Below are positions 59,730-64,000 of a DNA stretch of 64,000 nt, piece by piece; position 1 is the first letter of the stretch, and every line of letters starts with the position of its first letter. Source of the stretch: Cyanobacteria bacterium P01_D01_bin.156 (lineage in GTDB: Bacteria; Cyanobacteriota; Cyanobacteriia; Phormidesmidales; Phormidesmidaceae); the NCBI GenBank assembly GCA_039024555.1, contig JBCCQQ010000021.1:22454-86453 (forward strand), given 5' to 3'. Made by a program: the position numbers and the translations under genes. The notes below the pieces were generated by a model. It had not been told where the DNA came from. It ran no database searches and was given only the letters and a program-made list of their open reading frames with translations.

Positions 59730-61205
59730 ATGGATGTAGCGATGGAACAAATGCAAATTACCTGGGCCTTGATTTTAATCATGGCAGTCCCAGCTTGCTC
59801 AATTGGTCTGGGAGAAATCGTTACACGCTTGCGCAGCCATCCGCTAATGGATCTGTTTCACAGTATCCGTGTGTTTGTCTTGCCACCCCTGGCGATTCTC
59901 TTAGTAACCCTAAAACTGTTTCATATACCCGCTGGAGACATCACGATACGGATTCTCTCTACAGCCCTGGGATTGGCCATTATCTATAGCCTCATTGCCC
60001 TGGTCAATGGCATTTTAGTTCCAGGAAATCGTCAATACAATTGGCAAATTGATGTTCCCAATTTACTATTCCAGGTCGCTCGCGTCGGGGTTATTCTTTG
60101 CGTTGCATCTTATCTATTAGCGACCGTATGGCAGGTAGATTTGAGCAAAGTAATTGCAGCTCTAGGGGTGGGTTCTTTAGTCATTGCCCTGGCCCTGCAA
60201 GATACCCTCAGCAACCTAGTCTCTGGATTTTTGCTTATCTTTGAAGCTCCCTTTCAGGTAGGAGACTGGGTTCGCGTAAATGATGTGGAAGGCGAAGTGT
60301 TAGAAGTCAATTGGCGGGCAGTGCGGTTGAGGACACCTGACCATGATGTGGTGATTATTCCTAACGGTGTGTTAGGCAAAGAGACCATCTACAACTACAC
60401 ATTGCTTTATCCGCTCCATGGAGATCGCATCACCTTTACCTTTTCCAACAAAGAAGCCCCCAATCGGGTAATGCCCGTCCTCAAAACAGCGGCATTGGCA
60501 GTAGAGGGCATTTTGGCAGATCCTGAACCGGAAGTTCGGCCCCTCAACTTCACAGACCATCAGGCCGAATATGAAGTGCAATATTGCATTGCTGATTTTA
60601 CCCATGCGTCAACAATTCAGGGGCAGTTTATTACCAACGTCTACTACGCCGCTAAACGCCATCGGTTAATGCTGCCCATCCCCTTCGAAGAACACTATGT
60701 GTTGCAGGAGCGTCAATCCCATGGTGAAGATTACACCCCTGATATTTTGAAAGCCCTTGTGGCTTTACCCATTTTTCGCGTGCTGGATGAAACAGTACTC
60801 AACACCTTAGCCCATCAGGCAGATGTGAACTACTACGGCGCCAGTGAAACCATTGTCCAGGCTGGCGATGTAGATCAAGGGATTTGCATTTTACTACAAG
60901 GCCAAGTCACCCTCTCATGCCCTGACCATACCGGTAATACCCGTGTGATTTCTTATCTAGAAACGGGTGATCTATTTGGCGAAATGTCACTGCTGCGCAA
61001 CGAACCGAGCTGGGTCTCTGTAACAGCAATACAGGATGTGGAGCTGGTCGTACTGAGCAGTGATGCCGTCTTTTTGATTGCGCAGCAACAGTCTAACTTT
61101 GCTTTGGAAATGAACCGCTTCATCGATGAGCGCAAAAAAATGGTGCAACGTTCAACAGAATCAAACTCCGAGGTTATGGCTGTAGTCTCAGAGTTTGATT
61201 CATGA
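59730..61205 (+). CDS. MscS-family mechanosensitive channel with C-terminal cNMP-binding domain
   Basis: ALQDTLSNLVSG..L..E.PF.VGDW; FGEMSLL. Confidence 0.9.
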   Translation: MDVAMEQMQITWALILIMAVPACSIGLGEIVTRLRSHPLMDLFHSIRVFVLPPLAILLVTLKLFHIPAGDITIRILSTALGLAIIYSLIALVNGILVPGNRQYNWQIDVPNLLFQVARVGVILCVASYLLATVWQVDLSKVIAALGVGSLVIALALQDTLSNLVSGFLLIFEAPFQVGDWVRVNDVEGEVLEVNWRAVRLRTPDHDVVIIPNGVLGKETIYNYTLLYPLHGDRITFTFSNKEAPNRVMPVLKTAALAVEGILADPEPEVRPLNFTDHQAEYEVQYCIADFTHASTIQGQFITNVYYAAKRHRLMLPIPFEEHYVLQERQSHGEDYTPDILKALVALPIFRVLDETVLNTLAHQADVNYYGASETIVQAGDVDQGICILLQGQVTLSCPDHTGNTRVISYLETGDLFGEMSLLRNEPSWVSVTAIQDVELVVLSSDAVFLIAQQQSNFALEMNRFIDERKKMVQRSTESNSEVMAVVSEFDS

Positions 61206-61215
61206 GGCACAGCTT

Positions 61216-61974
61216 CTATCCATTAATGATTTGTTGCGCTACTTTTCGAAATTCCTGACTCAAAAGATGTTCCGGATGCTGCATACAAAATATCCCTTCG
61301 CTGGCTAACAACACCATGTCTTCCGATAGTGAAAAAATACCTGCCACCGTTTCAGCATACGTGTCTTCTACCTTTTGTCTCAAGGCATCATGATTCACTT
61401 GGCTGTGAACTTTATTAATAGCCAAGAGCATTTTGCGAACTTTCAGTTGTCGCGCCACATCAATAGTGACCGCAGTTCCTTGATAGTCCTGTTTATCGGG
61501 GCGTAAGATTAAAAGCAGAACATGGGAAATAGCAATGGACAAAAAGGTTTCCTTTGAGAGGCCCGGATGGGTATCGATCAACAGATAGTCTAATGCCAAC
61601 GCCTTTACTAAGCTGCGAAACCCTTCATTCATCAACTTAACGTCGTAGCCGTCTTTTAGGATGCGGGCAATATCATCTGCTTTGACACTGGCGGGCACCA
61701 GAAATACCTGACCATTGCCGTCAATACCGACATTGGACGTAACCTCGTAGGCTGCCGCTTCAATAGGGATTTCACCCCAAAGAAAATTATTTAGAGTTTT
61801 GTCAGTTTGGTCGGACTCCAGTGCAAAAAGATTATGGATTCCCGGTGAGGGCACATCGGTATCTACAACACCAACCCGACATCCTTGAGCTGCAATTGTT
61901 ACCGCCAGGTTAGCCGTAAAGTTAGACTTGCCGGTTCCGCCCCGATAGGAATGAATCGAAACAACTTTGGGCAT
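61216..61974 (-). CDS. MinD/ParA-family ATPase
   Basis: SIHSYRGGTGKSN, VDTD..SPG, IDTHPG. Confidence 0.9.
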   Translation of the reverse strand: MPKVVSIHSYRGGTGKSNFTANLAVTIAAQGCRVGVVDTDVPSPGIHNLFALESDQTDKTLNNFLWGEIPIEAAAYEVTSNVGIDGNGQVFLVPASVKADDIARILKDGYDVKLMNEGFRSLVKALALDYLLIDTHPGLSKETFLSIAISHVLLLILRPDKQDYQGTAVTIDVARQLKVRKMLLAINKVHSQVNHDALRQKVEDTYAETVAGIFSLSEDMVLLASEGIFCMQHPEHLLSQEFRKVAQQIING

Positions 61975-62165
61975 AAGAACTCCTTAGCGCACAGTCTAAC
62001 CAAACTAATTCCCCTTGAACCACAGTAGCAGCTGCCAAGTCGTTTATGGCGTTGGTACTAGCTTTAGAGCACTAACAGAAGTAGATCAAAGATAAATGGT
62101 TGAGATAGATTATTCAGGCTAAAGGTTAAGCGATGTGCGTCGTCTCCAAATTGTGACAATTGCAG

Positions 62166-62678
62166 TCATTCTTGTTTAAGGAATGGGACCAGATGCATCA
62201 TATAATCTCGCTTTCCAATGGGTACACCAGCCATGCGAAGAATGTCATAGGCCGTAACCATATGGAAGTAGAAGTTTGGCATTAAAAAGTCATTCACATA
62301 GGTGCTACCAGGTATTTCGAGGTGTAGCCCTTGACCCAGGTCGATGCGCGTCACCGCACTTAATTTTTCGTCTCCGGTATTAATCCCTGCAAGCAGTTCC
62401 TTGGTATTCGCTATATGTTCGTATGCTTGTGCAAGAGACGTAACTTCTGGGTTTAAATTATCCATTGGTTTATCGTCACACCACAAAGCAAAATTGCGGG
62501 GTTGATTGCAGGTGAAAGCAATCTGTGTACCAAAGGGCAGCATGTCTGCGGCAATGCGCTCGTTCAGGAAAGATTCACTTCCACTAAAGTGCGCCTGAGC
62601 GGACTTTAAGAGGTGTTCAAGAGTCGTTAAGCGGCTGTGGAAGATAGTTCTGATTGAATCTACAGTCTGACTTGGCAT
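62166..62678 (-). CDS. DUF1993 family protein
   Basis: R.A.DM.PF..QI, PNFYFH..TAY.ILR..GV.IGKRDY. Confidence 0.9.
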   Translation of the reverse strand: MPSQTVDSIRTIFHSRLTTLEHLLKSAQAHFSGSESFLNERIAADMLPFGTQIAFTCNQPRNFALWCDDKPMDNLNPEVTSLAQAYEHIANTKELLAGINTGDEKLSAVTRIDLGQGLHLEIPGSTYVNDFLMPNFYFHMVTAYDILRMAGVPIGKRDYMMHLVPFLKQE

Positions 62679-62743
62679 GTTGTGATCCCTTGAGACTTAC
62701 TTCATAGAGCCTAATCTAACTGTAATTTAGGGTCATGTGTGGC

Positions 62744-62826
62744 TTGTAACGTAGAGTTAAAAGGCGGTCGATTTTTGATAGCGTTTCTGAATAATTCACT
62801 CCGTCTGCTATTGCGCTGTGTTACGT
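62744..62826 (-). other. attC-like site overlapping the methyltransferase stop codon
   Basis: Minus strand ACGTAAC...gcagacggagtgaa...ccgcc..aactctac-GTTACAA. Confidence 0.55.
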
Positions 62827-63573
62827 CGCTCTTGTACCTACCAAAACTGGTTGGAAGAATCGGTTGTCCAGACGATTGACTGACGTGTAGCCTGCCTCCT
62901 CCATTAACTGTAGTAAGCGGTTAGGGCTCAATGCATAGTAACGAGAACGCATGATGTAAGTATTCGCATTACTGGATTGTTGATTCTCTTCAATGAAGTA
63001 CATTGAGACATCGTAAATATCACCTTCAAAATCCCATACTTGAAAGACAAAGTAACGTTTGCCTGCATCCTCACGAATTCCATAAGATTTTACAATACCA
63101 GTCCCTCTTTCTTCTTTGTCGTAATCACGCATTGTCAGTAAGCAACCACCGCCAATACGAGTACAGGCGTATATCTGTTTGAGCGCTTTTAGGATTTCCT
63201 CATCACTAAGCAGGTGTGGAATTGAGTTATCGCATGAAATTACAACATCAAATTCAGATTGATGGTGAGAATATGCTTCCCGCATATCGCATTCGGAAAA
63301 GTGAATATTGAGGTTACGCAATTGCGCTTCTTCTTTTGCCCGTTCAATCTCCTTAGGCGAGAGATCTGAGGCGGTTACGTTGTACCCTTTGGACGCTAGA
63401 CCGAGGGCTTGTGTGCCGATACCACAGGATACATCTAAAATATTCTGAACCTGCTCGCCCCAATATTCATGAATTATGTTGGATAGCTGTGTTGCCTGAG
63501 TCTCCACAGTTGTGTTCCAATCTTTATAGATAATGTGATAGAAGGGCGCGAGGCGATCGTAGAAGTCTTTCAT
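62821..63573 (-). CDS. Class I SAM-dependent methyltransferase
   Basis: ILDVSCGIGTQ, SDLS, CDMR, DNSIPHL. Confidence 0.9.
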   Translation of the reverse strand: MKDFYDRLAPFYHIIYKDWNTTVETQATQLSNIIHEYWGEQVQNILDVSCGIGTQALGLASKGYNVTASDLSPKEIERAKEEAQLRNLNIHFSECDMREAYSHHQSEFDVVISCDNSIPHLLSDEEILKALKQIYACTRIGGGCLLTMRDYDKEERGTGIVKSYGIREDAGKRYFVFQVWDFEGDIYDVSMYFIEENQQSSNANTYIMRSRYYALSPNRLLQLMEEAGYTSVNRLDNRFFQPVLVGTRAT

Positions 63574-63605
63574 TTTGACAGGTGCATCTGCTAGTTAGAT
63601 GATTC

Positions 63606-63857
63606 TCAAGTGTTTTCAAAATGGAAGGCGACTCTCCTTCCCCAAGGATGGTCTTCTAACTCGTTCTCTGAGTACCTATTGGAGGTATAGCTACTGACTA
63701 CTCGTCGCCAGAATGAGATCACTCGTGCGTGCGTAGACCACGTGACAACTTCCCATTTGCCTCTGTGTTGGTCAAGTCCGGCAATGGCAGACCGCTCTGC
63801 GATACCTTTCCCTCGGAATGCGTGCAACACGAAGAACTCGTCTACCACAAAGTCAGC
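63606..63857 (-). pseudogene. GNAT acetyltransferase, 3' fragment truncated by IS256 sequence
   Basis: EFFVL..FRGKGIA...GKWEV...FWR.V; the N-terminus of the tracked ORF is antisense IS256 DNA. Confidence 0.75.
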
Positions 63858-64000
63858 TTCGAAAAATGGGATGAGGCGTATCCAGCCGTCAGTCAAATCT
63901 GGATTCGGCACTGGGAAAACGTTATTCCCATATTCGATTATCCGATGGAAATTCGACGAGTTATCTACACCACCAATGCCATTGAGTCGCTCAACCGCTC
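63858..64000 (+). mobile_element. IS256-family transposase fragment (runs off the window)
   Basis: Translates FEKWDEAYPAVSQIWIRHWENVIPIFDYPMEIRRVIYTTNAIESLNR (IYTTNAIESLN signature). Confidence 0.88.

Noticed and set aside
63858..63911. N-terminus MPNPDLTDGWIRLIPF of the tracked 63606..63911 ORF
   Set aside because: It is antisense IS256 transposase sequence, not part of the GNAT.

Overview
64 kb of cyanobacterial chromosome. HIP1 octamers (GCGATCGC), sbtAB, ftrC-suf, and GUN4 and pentapeptide proteins support this; a Leptolyngbya-like filamentous strain is an inference. From left to right: (1) 0-20 kb is a phosphorus-scavenging and secreted-protein region. It holds a phosphodiester glycosidase, a 5xCHRD+RTX protein, two Tat-exported PhoX phosphatases each preceded by a paralogous hypothetical gene, a PEP-CTERM protein and a 1654-aa phytase-like/double-GDPD/RTX protein. 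Three Pho-box-like promoters are present and sbtAB interrupts the region. (2) 20.4-31.3 kb is an accessory block: a palindromic mini-array, an AraC-oxidoreductase cluster, then single genes separated by integron attC-like sites, one of them a frameshifted serine hydrolase. (3) 31.4-44.6 kb is core-like: RnfD-like gene + DUF2330, an ABC peptide-binding protein, a DnaJ-pentapeptide protein, and sufR divergent from ftrC-sufBCDS with two SufR boxes. (4) 44.6-48.9 kb has about 1 kb of densely structured non-coding DNA, then a TM-NACHT-GUN4 gene with a G-rich, A-free 3' tip converging on a RAYT-type HUH (Y1) transposase. This is my best candidate for an undescribed system, possibly HUH-driven diversification of a GUN4 tip. 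(5) 48.9-62 kb has a GT-C glycosyltransferase, a BNR/YCF48-like propeller, and a signalling module (Cache-HAMP-PAS without an output domain, a degenerate cyclase, MscS-cNMP, a MinD-like ATPase). (6) 62-64 kb is a second attC-like cassette cluster cut by an IS256 fragment. A 91-bp MITE occurs three times. I found no rRNA, tRNA or true CRISPR array. All family calls come from motif recognition by eye; no database searches were run.
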